Assembly: GCA_036172245.1 (NCBI GenBank) | Contig: JAYWIR010000003.1 | Location: forward strand, 3,410,001 to 3,474,000 | Direction: 5' to 3' | DNA length: 64,000 bases | Source of the DNA: Raillietiella orientalis | Taxonomy: Eukaryota | Shown here: positions 24,429 to 35,365 of the stretch, piece by piece | How positions within the stretch are numbered: the first letter of the stretch is position 1 | Layout: each line of letters opens with the position of its first letter | Notes under the pieces: model-generated | The model's database searches: none | Seen by the model: the letters and a program-made list of their open reading frames with translations, nothing else | Told to the model about the DNA's origin: nothing | Program-made: the position numbers and the translations under genes

Positions 24429-25489
24429 GGCACGACGGGCGCCCCTTGGCCATCCCTCGTGCCCACCTGCGCAGAGGCCACCCTCGTCCTTTCGCACGCA
24501 CGTGCGAGCGCGCGCAGACGGGAGAGAAGACGCGTGCGCCGCTGTTTCCTGGCGGCGGCAGTCCATTCGATCGGCCTGCCTCTGCCGATGCAACGGGGAT
24601 CGCGGCCCGGCGGCCTCTACCCCTTCCTGCCTCCAAGGAGGCAACCGGAGAAAGCAGACGCTGGGAAGCGGGACGACTGAGCTTCTCTGGGAAAGAGATA
24701 ACAGTGCTGGGCTGTCGCGAGGCGCCCGGGAGGTCAGCAGCAGCAGAGGTGGTGTGCGTCAGACGGAGAAGCGGAAGGACATCTCATCCTCTGGCAGATT
24801 CCCTAAGGCATCCCCTTCCTTCCCTGTTGATGATTTTCCGTACCTAGAGACTATCGGTACCTCGATCAGGAAGGATGAGGGAGGGAGGAAGAGAAAGAAG
24901 GGAGAAGAAGGGAGAGAGAGAAAAAAGTGGAGTGGGAGGAAGAGGAATGAAGGAAGGAAGAGGAAGAAGAGGAGGAACGGAAGAATGGATCAGGAGGAGA
25001 AGGAAGGGGAACGGCCTTGTCCTCGCCACAACGATGCGTCCAGTGGTATGGAAGGCGCAGTTACGCCTCTACGCTCGGACAGCGCCAAGGCCGTCCCGCT
25101 GCCTCGGAAGAGGCGGCCGCATGGTCGGCCGTTGCAAAACGCGGGGCGATCAACTTTCACCCGCCCTCCCGCGTTGCCTAACGGACGCCGACCTGTGGAT
25201 AGGAGGGGGCTCTTTGCGACAGCTCGGTCCCGGCCTTCTCCGAGGGAGAAGGCGGGAGAGTGCAAAAAGAGAGGGGAGGAGGAGGCCCTTCCCGGCCCTG
25301 CTTTCCTTCCCCCCGCCCGTCCCCCCCCCTTCGCCTCTCAAGGGTGGGGGAGCAAGTCGTCGCGGATCTCCCTCGGAGAGCGCAGCCGAGGGTGAAGAGA
25401 CGGGGGGTCACGTGGTCACGGTGAAGTTCCTCCGGAGACACCGCACCGTCGTAATGACCGCCGCTCCCGGGGGCCGTTGCGTCAAAGCG

Positions 25490-25502
25490 GCGGGTATAAA
25501 AG
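25490..25502 (+). promoter_or_regulatory. TATA box of His/Gly-rich gene A
   Basis: GCGGGTATAAAAG; TATAAAA starts at 25495, 98 nt upstream of the ATG at 25593. Confidence 0.75.
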
Positions 25503-25592
25503 CGTCGCGCGTCGCCGGAGGAACCGACCGCCAGCGACCGGTGGCTACCGCAGCGTCGACCTCAGCTCTTGAAACCGCACCAGAACGCTGCC

Positions 25593-26624
25593 ATGGCTCT
25601 CCCGTCACCCTTCGTGAGTACCGTCGGAGGGAAAAGGGTAGGGGGTTCTAGGGGCCCGCTCCCGGCGGTCTGACCTCGGAGGCGAGTCCCGCCCCCTCCG
25701 ACGCCCTCAGTTCGCCCCCATCTCCGGCACCCCTCAGGTTGCTTCCCTCTGCCTCTCGTGGATCTGCCTGCTGGGAGCCGCCTCCGCGCAACGCAGCCTC
25801 CTCCTCCTCCGCATCCCGCCCCGGAGCGACTCCACAGGCCTGGGGGCGCCCGCCGTCGCCAGCCGCCTCCTGGCCACCAACGCCTCTGCGACCGACCTGG
25901 AACCGGCTGCCACCGGCTACGGTGAAACATCTGACGCCTGGCGGCGGCGACCCGACCTCCGACGCGACCCGGCCCCTCGGCCGCCTCTCCCTGCTTTTCA
26001 GGAGGGTACGGCGGGTACCACGGCGGCGGCGGAGACGGTCATTACGGCGGCCACCATGGCGGTCACCACGGAGGTCACGACCAGGGCGCCCACCACGGCC
26101 ACTATGGGCAGCAGGGCTACCACGGCCAGCACGACCACCACGGGCACCAGGGACACCACGGGCACTACGGACACAAGGGCGCCCGGGGCCACCACGGCTA
26201 CTCGCAGGACGGGCACAACTACGGGCACCAGGGAGGCCACCACGACTACGGCGACCAGGACCACGATAACTACGGGAAGGGTCACCACGGGTACTACCGT
26301 GCGGAGTACCGGCACCACGAGTACGGCCATCACGACCGCGGACACCGCAACCACGGCCACCACGGCCGGCAGTACGGCGACAGCCACGGCCGGAAGGGGT
26401 ACGGCCACCACGACCAGCACCAGCACTACGGCGACCACGGCCACCACGGACACCACGGCCACAGGGACAATTACGGCCACCACGGCCACCACGGCCACCA
26501 CGGAGGACAGCACCACCGCGGGTACGGCCACCACGGCCACCAGGGCCACAGAAACTACCATGGAGGCAATCACTACGGCCACCACCAGTACCACCCCCAC
26601 CAGGGCTACGGCTATCACCGGTGA
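25593..26624 (+). CDS. Secreted His/Gly/Tyr-rich low-complexity protein A (about 275 aa, 3 exons)
   Basis: Exons 25593-25613 (MALPSPF|gtgagt), 25738-25921 (VASLCLSWICLLGAASA-QR...TDLEPAATGYG|gtgaaa) and 26002-26624 (GYGGYHGGG...GHHG repeats...GYGYHR*), with consistent phases. It has a signal peptide, an upstream TATA box and AATAAA at 26701-26706. Confidence 0.88.
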
Positions 26625-29600
26625 ACCGGACTCGTCGTGCTCAGCGGCCAGTCGGCCGGGTTCCCCCTCCCCGTACCAGCGCGACCGGAGTCAGCGCTCG
26701 AATAAAAGGGGGATGGTGGTCACACAAGGGCGAGGCCTGCGTGGGGGCGCGTCCTCCTCCGCTTCCCGGAGGAAGGGCGGGTGAGGGAGGGGAGTTACAG
26801 AGCGCGGGGCAGCGGGGGGAAGGGGGTGGGAGGAAGGCGATGAGGGAGGAGGATCTCGGCTCTCCTTGCCCCTTCTCCCTAGAGGAGGAGGAGGGGCAGC
26901 GCCGCCCGTGACGCACCCCTCCGGGAAGGCCGTTCCGTCACGCTGGCGTGAAGGAAAGGCCGCGGAGAAAGGCAGAGGAGGTTGCGCCAGGAGGTGGTTC
27001 ACGGGAGGCGCACACGTATCAACCAATTTCTTACTATAAGTCCTCTCATCAACTTCAACCCTATAATTACTATCATGACACTTGTTTAACTCTTCACCAT
27101 AAAATTTACCACCTTCATCAACAACAAACCAGCAAATACTTCCCTTGTCAACTCTCCCCTCCCTTCAGTATAGTCCCTAGCCCCGACTGGAAGACTCCCC
27201 CGTCCTCCCTTAGATGAGGCCTACCAGAAGAGACTCCTCCTGGGGATCTCTTCCGGAAGCCGCCGCCGAGCGCGGGAGCCCCGCTCTTCGCGTCCGTCGG
27301 GAGAGGCCCGGAAGAGCGAGAGAGGACCTTCGGGGGTCGCTGCGCTCTCGTGAGGGCTCAGCCGTCCCTCACGAAGGGGACTCTTCCGCGGGTGAAGGCG
27401 GAGACGGAGGGTGCAGCTCAGAGAATGCAGCTCCTGGCGGGTCCTCGAGAGACGAGGGAGGGACCCAAGAGAAGGGGAGGAGACAGAAGGCATCGGAGAG
27501 GACGCGAAGGGCCGTCTCCAAAAGAACAGGCGCCCAGACAGCGGTCCCCTCCCCCCGGTGCTCCTCTCAGAGTTACGGGTCGAGGACGCAGGAGTTCCCG
27601 GCTTCCCGCTGCCGACCCAGTTGGATCCCATCCGGCAGAAATGGAAAAGCGCCTCGGGAGAGCTCGGGAAGTCGGCAGAGGACAACCCTCTGCGCTGTGG
27701 GGTCATGGGCAGTTGAACCGGATCGAAGTGATGTTTCCTTGGCCATATGATGGGCAGTTTCAGGAGGGGCTGGGAAAACCTCTTGCACGGCTGCACCCTC
27801 TTCACGCGCGCAGAGAGGGAGAGTGGCTGGTTTCATCGCGGGAGAAAGGCGAGGGGCTCTCCTCACCCACCGGGGGCACCCGCGGGCAGGGGGAAACAGC
27901 GAGAGATCAATCCTTTCTCGGTTGTCCCGCCTGCCTCCGAGACCCTCCGTATAAGGGAGGAACCGTAGCACGAGCGAGGTGGGGGAGGGGGGCAACTCCG
28001 GCTCAGGGGAGGAGGCGCGCATTTCCGGGGGACCCTCTGATCCGGATCGTCTCTGACACTGACGGCCCGGGAGTCCCCCCTTCCTCCCTGCTGGCGCGCC
28101 AAGTCTCACCCCCTACCTCCCTCTCCACCTCCCGAAGGGCTCGCCGCGTCCTCTCCCGGACGCCTCTATCAGCGGAGCGGGGCGGAGGAAACCGAGGCGG
28201 ACCCTCTGATGGCATCTGCCCTCCGGAGCGCTTGCCCCTCGCGCGCTGCGCCGCCTCCGCCGCCCTCGGACCTGGCATCCGGACCGCTGGGATCTTCTAC
28301 CGCCGCCGACTCTCTCGGGAAAAATGTTCTGGAGGCACCCGAGGCTCTTTCGAGGCCGGCAAGGAAGGGACCCTCCAGAGGACCCTGCTGACGAGGGGAC
28401 GGGAGTCACCGACGTCCTTCACTGCGACAGGAGGCAGAAGGAGGAGAGCCTGCAGGGTTCTCGGGGAGGAGGCCCGGAAGGACCGCGTCTTCCGGTTGCT
28501 TTTCGACTCGGAAGGCCTCCACTGCATGCGCCGAAAAAGGGGCGGCCTTTCCAGGACCTCTCGGGTGTCTCTGTGGGTCTTCTTCCCAGGACAAGCCGCT
28601 TTCCTCTTCCTCCTGCCGCTCTCCCCTGGCCTGAGGACAGGGATCGCCTCTGCCTTTACGTCGCCCTTGGATACGGAGGTGACGTACCGCTGAGAGGTCG
28701 GGTCAGACTTCCCTGCTGTGTTGTCCACCCTTCCCGACGAAACGGCTGGAACGCATCCGGGAGAGCTGACAGGTTCCTGGAAGGGAGATGGAGTTGACAA
28801 GCGACTTTTAGGAGAGAGCGGGGCCTCCCCTGGAAGGCGCACCCTTTCCTCCACCCAAATACCGCGCGCCTCATTGCAGCGACCTTCGTGACCCCTCCCT
28901 CCGGGAGGTCCTGCGGGTAGCCTCCGATTCCCCATAATTCCCCATGAGAGGCAGAGAAGCATTCGGAACTACACTGAACAATAGCGGATAGTAGGGAAGG
29001 GCTACTGGAGGCGTGGAAAAAAGGGTGCTTCGGGTCAGCGCGTGCACCGGATGGTGTCTCTCTTACGAGTGCTGTCCTCTCACTTCACTTTGTACTCCTT
29101 CTCTAAAAGGAGTGATTTCCATCTTCTCACCAGTCCTCGCGGTCCGAGCAAAGAGTCGGATGCTGCTTCATCTGACTCTTCGGGGTAAGGAGGGCGAGCG
29201 ATGGAAGTCTTCCAGAAACGCCACTTGGAGAGGAGGAAGACAAGAAGGAAGAGGAAGGGGAGGAGGAGTAGGAGGAAAGGAAGAAGAGAAGAGAGGGAGA
29301 GAGGAGGAGAAAGAGGAAGGTAGGAAGAGGAGGAGAAAATTGGGTGGAGTTTCTTCCCTTGCCTTGCGGTGGCCACCTGACCACTCCATTCTACAAGGAT
29401 CCAAACTCCTAGAAGGGATGACGCTTTTCCAAAAAAACTGGAGATCCCGGGTCTGCTTCCGCCTCCGGCTCACCTTCCCTATGGCTCCTTTTCTTTCACT
29501 ACGGATAATTGAGGGGGAGGGCTTCCATCGACCCCCTGGGGGAATTTCGTTTTCCTGCAGAGGCGACCCCGCCATCAGAGAAGTCGCTCTGAAGGGAAAC

Positions 29601-30615
29601 GATCCAGCGAAGCTGCTCGGCAACTGACTTCCGACTTCTCGTCTGGGACGCTTGCCCAGTCCTCCGAGCAGGGAACTTCGGACTCGCAGAAGTGATGGTG
29701 GTTCAGGGGCGATCAAGAGGACTCCTCGGAAGAAGACGCCGGGAATCTTTTACCTCGTATTCGGGACAACTGCCTCGGAGGGGACGGCGCCACCATCTCT
29801 CTCTGTCCCGATCCTTCGCGAGAGAGAATTTTCCGGGAAACCGAGAAAAGTGCGCGGTCTGAAACACATGGTTGCCACGGGCGACCGAACAGCACCTCGC
29901 TGGACGCCTGTAGGAGAGCGCTCTCGACCCCGCCCACGAAAGTACTTCTGCCGCCCGACCAGTGGGCAGAGAGGGGTGTACCGAGAGCTTCTACCCCTCA
30001 CGGGTCCTAAAGGAGCTTGCGAAGCGGGAAGGACTCCTGGGAAAAGTGTCCCGCCTGAGGACTCCTCGCGGGAACGTCGCCCTCACGGAAACATTTCAGG
30101 ATCGCCGCGGCCCCTTCCTTCCCTCCTTCCCCAATTCATCCGAAGTGCGTCCTCCCGTGGGGTAGGAAAGGAAGAGAGCGACCTGAAGCTCGGCCTGCGA
30201 CCCTTGATCTTCGCCAGAGGTCGCTGGAGTCCTGGAGCTGCCTCCCGCTCTTGAAGCAGACGAGGGCCAGGAAGAAAGGGAAGGGAAGGGAGATCCGCTG
30301 CTCACCCTCAGGTCGCGGCCGCGCGACGACGTGGGAGTGAGCGCGTGAGGGAGGAAGGAGGGGCGGAGTGGGGCGGGCGAGCGCAGGACCTTTCTCTACG
30401 GAAACGCTCCGACGGCCACGGCCGGTCTCCCCCACCTCCTGGTCCGGGCGCTCGCGTGCCGGCCCATTTCGCGTGCGGCCGGGCCAAGGCTGACCGCGTG
30501 ACGAAAGCCCCCTCTTTCCCGAGGGCAGTAAAAGCCGCCGTCTTCGTCGCCCCGAGGCGCCCTGGCGAGCGGGTACAAAAGACCGCTCCCGGACGGCGTC
30601 CCGGCACCCGACGAG

Positions 30616-31427
30616 ATGCTTGCCGTCGCTAAACAGCGCGTCTTTCCCACGTCGGTGACAACGGCGGCGGCGGCGGTGACCGCGGTGGCTCTTTGGGCGG
30701 CGACGTCCGTCCTTGCGGATGGACGCGCGCATGCGGCCTCCCTGCGGAAGGAGGGCGACATCCTGGACACCTCGGAGACTCAGCACGGAGGTGAGGGAGC
30801 GGTGGGGAAGGGAGGAGGAGGCGGAGGGGCTCCGCTCACCGCCTGCTGACGTTCGCTCCAGGTTACGGAGGCCACGGAGGTCACGGAGGCTATGGAAGCG
30901 GCTGGGACGGTGGCCACTACGGAGGACACGGCCGTGGGTACGGCGGCATGGACGGCAGCTACGGCTACTGGAATCAGCATGGTCAGCACGGAAACCGGGG
31001 ACACCACGGCCAGCACGGAAACCGAGGTCACCACGGTTACGGTCAAGACGGCCACCAGTATGGAAACTACCAGGGCCACGGCAGCCAGGGACGCTACGAC
31101 CACGGCGGACATGGCATGGGCCGCGAGGGCTACCGCGTGGAGGAATACCGGCACCACGAGTACGGCAACCACGGGAAAGGCCACAGGCAGCACGGCCACC
31201 ACGGGCAGCATCACGGAGGGAACCACGGGCGCCATGGTTATGGTCACTACGACAAGAACGACCACGACGGCTACCGCGGGCACCACGGGAGCTATGGAAA
31301 TCACGGAAAAGGAGGGCATCATCGCGGGTACGGGCACCACGGCCATGATTACCACAAGGGCCACCACAACGACCACGGATACGGCCACCACGGTCATCAC
31401 GGAAACCATCACCATGGATACCACTGA
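30616..31427 (+). CDS. Secreted His/Gly/Tyr-rich low-complexity protein B (about 246 aa, 2 exons)
   Basis: Exon 30616-30790 (MLAVAKQRVFPTSVTTAAAAVTAVALWAATSVLA-DG...DILDTSETQHG|gtgagg) splices in phase 1 to 30862-31427 (GYGGHGGHGGYG...EEYRHHEYGNHGKG...HHHGYH*). A TATA-like GCGGGTACAAAAG lies at 30569-30581. Confidence 0.85.
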
Positions 31428-32899
31428 GCGAGAGCTCTCTTACCCTTCCTCCATGCAGAGGAATAAGGACGGGAAAGACCGATCCCGGTTGTTCCCCGTG
31501 TGATTCCCCACGAGCACTGCATGTTGCCAATACAAATCACTTTGTTCTCTTAGAAACCACTCTTTGCGCTGCCTTTCTTCGGTCCTCTCTTGCGGAGCCC
31601 AGAAATCCTCTAGAATAAGGGAAACTCAGGGAAAATGGGGGAGGAAGGGACTGAACACGTAGGTCGGACATCCATATTCTTCGGAATCGTATCCCTGTAG
31701 CACCCCCCCCCCCCCTACCCCACGCAGACACGCCGACCAACTCACTCGGCGTGTCTGCGTGTCCACACCCATCAGAAAGGGAGGATAAGGGAGGCGTTCC
31801 CCTCGATTGTCATCTGGTGGCGGGCCGCATGACGGGAAGTGCGGAACCGGAAATCCGACAGGGAGAAAACGAAAAGGAGGTCCGATGGGGAGCTGCACGA
31901 TGGTGAGCAACGCGTCAACCAGGGAAGAAGGTGCACCTCAGACGAGACAAGTGGGCTGACATAGTTGCGAGCGCAGTCTGGGAGAGAGAGATGTCTCCCC
32001 ACAGGAATCCACCTTTCATTCACAGGGGCGGAGCCGAGCTGCTTCTCAGGAGCCCCTAACACCGTTCTTCGGCGCTCGCTGGAGCTCTTTGTTGAGGGAT
32101 CACGCAGTCCGCTCGAAGGTTCGGCAGGGATGGAAGTTCTGGGAATGATCAGACTGATTCTACGAGTCCCTCCCTCCTTCACAGGTGCATCCTGGTAATT
32201 CGGAATGGTCCCTGGGAGATTCGGCTTTCTTCCGAAAGTCTGTCGTGGCGGCAGCCTGGTGCGCGTCCACGGGGAAGAGAAGGCAGGGAAAGTGGAGTTA
32301 TCCAACCGTGGGATGTTGCACGAATCTTGCGGGGGATGCTGGTAAACAACCGAACGAGTCCAGGGTCACCTGCTCTTGTCGCGTGCCGCTTCACGCGTTC
32401 AGATGGCGCGCGCTTGGTAAAGCACTGATTGTCAACGATCACTCACGTGGCACACGAGCTCGGAATCAAGCACGGGCATTGTTGGTGGGCGCCTCGATCT
32501 CCATAGTAACGGCATGGTGTGTGCCATTGTTTAGATCCCCTGTTGATAACGAAGACCACCCATGGAGACGGCAGCTGTGCTTCACGGTTGGGTTGACGAG
32601 CTCATCTCTTCGTCAGATGCGTCTGGGCGTTCTTAAGGAAACCATGGGGCGTTTCCCGGAGAAAGGTGATATACTCTGGTCGTCACAGAAGTGCCCATGG
32701 AAATGTTGAAAGAAATACCGACGCAAGACTGGTTACAAGTAGGATGTGCCCATGGTATGCAACTGAAGACGAATGACCACTTGAATCGGCTCCTACTTCA
32801 TGCTGCCTAAGGGCAATTTTCCCTTGCCCTGGAAGCGGAGGATTTGGTGGAGAAGTGAGAAGCGAAAGGGATCAATTTCCGGGAAGGAGGAGAGGCACT

Positions 32900-34060
32900 G
32901 TTTTTACGGAGCACTCTGAAAATGGTCCACCCGATGAAGACGACGTCTCCACAAGAGGAGTTGAAAAGGAAGTACTGTGCTTACTTCACTGGGAAGTTTT
33001 GCACCATCGTCGAAGTACGGAAATTTCCAAATAATGTCGGTGCAGACAGTTCCCCACTGGTATTCCGTCCACAGCTCCGGAACATCCGCCATCTATAAGA
33101 CGTTCTTTACTCATCCTAGGAACCCACTTTCCAGGAATCCCCGTTTCGGATTTGCGGTAGCTAATGCGGCGGAATCATTGACACGGAGAAGAACTTCCTG
33201 GAGCAGCTCGGATCTAGGTGACCTCTTGCTCCCAAAAGGACGCCGATGCTACCATATACCGAAACTTGCAACGGGATGGACCCTTTCAGAAACGTTCCTG
33301 GTTCACGTCCCTCTCCGAGTGAAAAAGGTGGACGACTACTAACGATCTGGAGGAAACGCTTCCGAGGCCACCTGAGTCATCCTTCTCCATGATGTGCCTG
33401 TGAACCCAACTCACGGCTATGACAGATCAACCCACCGCGCGCGCGCGACACACTTCAAGCACTCCGCCGCAACTCTGTTCAGCGAGAGGCGTCCTAGGAG
33501 GGATGAGATGGAGGCTGCGAGGCTCGAGGTGACACTGCCTTGAAGCTCTCGAGAAAGAGGGAAGCTCTGGAGGGAAAAATGGAAGCAGAGACCTTCCCTC
33601 CCTTCCCCCAGGAGTCAAAGGCGTAAGCCATGCGGAAAAACGTCATCCATCTAACGTGGCGGATTGACTGCCGACGGAGACTCCTGAGACGGCAGCAGGT
33701 TTCCGGACAGAGTAGACTTCTTCAGCAGCCCTTCCCGAAGAACCTCCGGGGGCTATGAGAAGGTGATCGTGAAGGCGGGAGGAAACGACACTGCGATCAT
33801 CCAGCTCAAGCGTCCGGTTCCAGCGTCGCAGAATCCTTCCTTTCCCGCGAATCTGCGGGAGGCAGGAAGCACCGGAACTGGAGGTTTGCCTTTGCTCCGG
33901 GAAATTAAGATCACGGAGACGTCTCCGACTTCTTCCGCATCTGGGGGAGAGGTCGGATCTCCCCCTTTTATGCTCACGAGCTCCCGGCTAAGCGCCCTGA
34001 GCTGGTTGAAGAGTCTTTTCCGTGCGGGCGCCGGGAGCAAGATAACGGAAAAGAAGGGAA
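32900..34060 (-). mobile_element. Highly decayed non-LTR retrotransposon (LINE) reverse-transcriptase remnant
   Basis: Frameshifted motifs occur in RT order on the minus strand: RLFNQL..VSVILISRSKGKPP (resembles V.PIPK.GK), KKSTLSGNLL (resembles KST.TNLL), AYAFDS (resembles KAFD), LLRVND (resembles IYVNDL) and YFDDGAKL (resembles FADDTKL). Confidence 0.45.
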
Positions 34061-34904
34061 GCACGAGCGGCGACGACAGTCAAGTGAGCAAAACACACGA
34101 GCATGGGCGAGGCTGCAAGGTGGGCCGTAGCAGCAACCTGAGGAACAAGTGGGAGACGAAGACTAGCGAGGAGGAGGATGGGAGAGGAAGAGGGTAGAAG
34201 GAGGAAGAGGGAGGAGAGTGAAGAATAGCTAGAACAGAACCAACAGGAAGGAAAGGCTAGAAAAGGACAAGGAAGAAGATGAGATGGTAACAAAAATAAA
34301 CAGCAGCAGACTCAGCAACGAGTATAGCGAAGAGTAGAGAAGCAGAGATGAACCAGGGAGTGGAGGAGGAGGAAGAGGAGGGATAATGCCTGACGCAGAT
34401 AAGTCTGTAGAGTCTCCCCCCTCCCGGGTACATATGGCTCGGGTTTGCACACTTCATCCCTGCCGGAAAGGGGGACCTTCCCTCGGGGGTCCTCGCAAAG
34501 GTCGCTTCCTTCCAAGCTCCCGAGAGCACACACTCGACCTTCGAGGGAGAGAGGAGTGGCACAGTGGCTGCGAGTGCTCTGAGAAATGATGGAACCAGAG
34601 CTCCAGAGCGCTGGTTTGCTAGCTTCTGTCTCCTCCCTCAGCGGGCTACTCCCTCGAAGTCGATAGCCGGAGATGGAGACCGGTCACTTCGATCAACTCG
34701 ACCCGAGAAGGGGGAAGGAAAGACGAGGCAGAGAGAGAAAGAGGGGGAAGAAGGAGTTTCGGGAGAAAATGAGAACTCCGAGTCCCAGCAGAGATGCGAG
34801 TTTTATTCCAGGTTTCCTGGTTATTTCCGTAACCATGCCGACACCACCAAGTCCTTTGCTGCGACAACCATGCTTCTCTACTCACATACATAGTCAGAGA
34901 AGGA

Positions 34905-35365
34905 TCAGTGGTACCCGTGGTGACCGTAATGGTTGCCATGGCCATGGTGGCCACGGTTGTAACCGTGTCCTCCGTATCCATGGTGACCGTGACCTCTGCT
35001 TCCGAACTTGGTCAGAATGTACCCATCGTCGTCGTGGCCGTGATGCCCGTAGTTGCCGTAGCCGTGGTTGTTTCCATAGTTCCCATAATGACCCCCGTAT
35101 CCACCGCCCCCATAGTGTTGAGGATGGTGATATCCTGGAAGAAGAAAAGTTCCCGGAAGATGCACCATCGCTTCTCACCGTAGTACGTGGCGGCAGTCTG
35201 CAGGTCCGAAGGCTGCGACTCCAAACTCTCTCCCTGATCTCGGCTACCCTCAGGCGCCGTGTGGACGCAGTTCAGAAGGCAAAAGAGTGCGAGGACCTGG
35301 AACTTCCATCGTCAACTGCAGCCCGGATTCCTACTCACCACGAAAGCTGTCTTGGAATCCATCAT
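34905..35365 (-). CDS. Secreted His/Gly/Tyr-rich low-complexity protein C (about 124 aa, 3 exons)
   Basis: Exons 35365-35339 (MMDSKTAFV|gtgagt), 35296-35179 (VLALFCLLNCVHT-APEG...SDLQTAATYYG|gtgaga) and 35134-34905 (YHHPQHYGGGGYGGHYG...GHHGYH*). Intron phases (0, 1) match gene A. On the minus strand there is a TATA-like ATAAATA at about 35461-35467 and AATAAA at 34802-34807. Confidence 0.85.

Noticed and set aside
26056..26784. Thr-rich mucin- or antifreeze-like ORF (also 30892-31503, and the antisense Val-rich ORFs 25998-26618 and 30780-31424)
   Set aside because: These are shadow frames of the CAC/GGC-rich His/Gly exons. Only the His/Gly frame joins signal-peptide exons with consistent splice phase.
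27350..28693. 447-aa ORF between His-rich genes A and B
   Set aside because: Its Arg/Gly/Pro-rich composition is typical of non-coding GC-rich DNA, it starts with GTG, and it has no recognisable motif.
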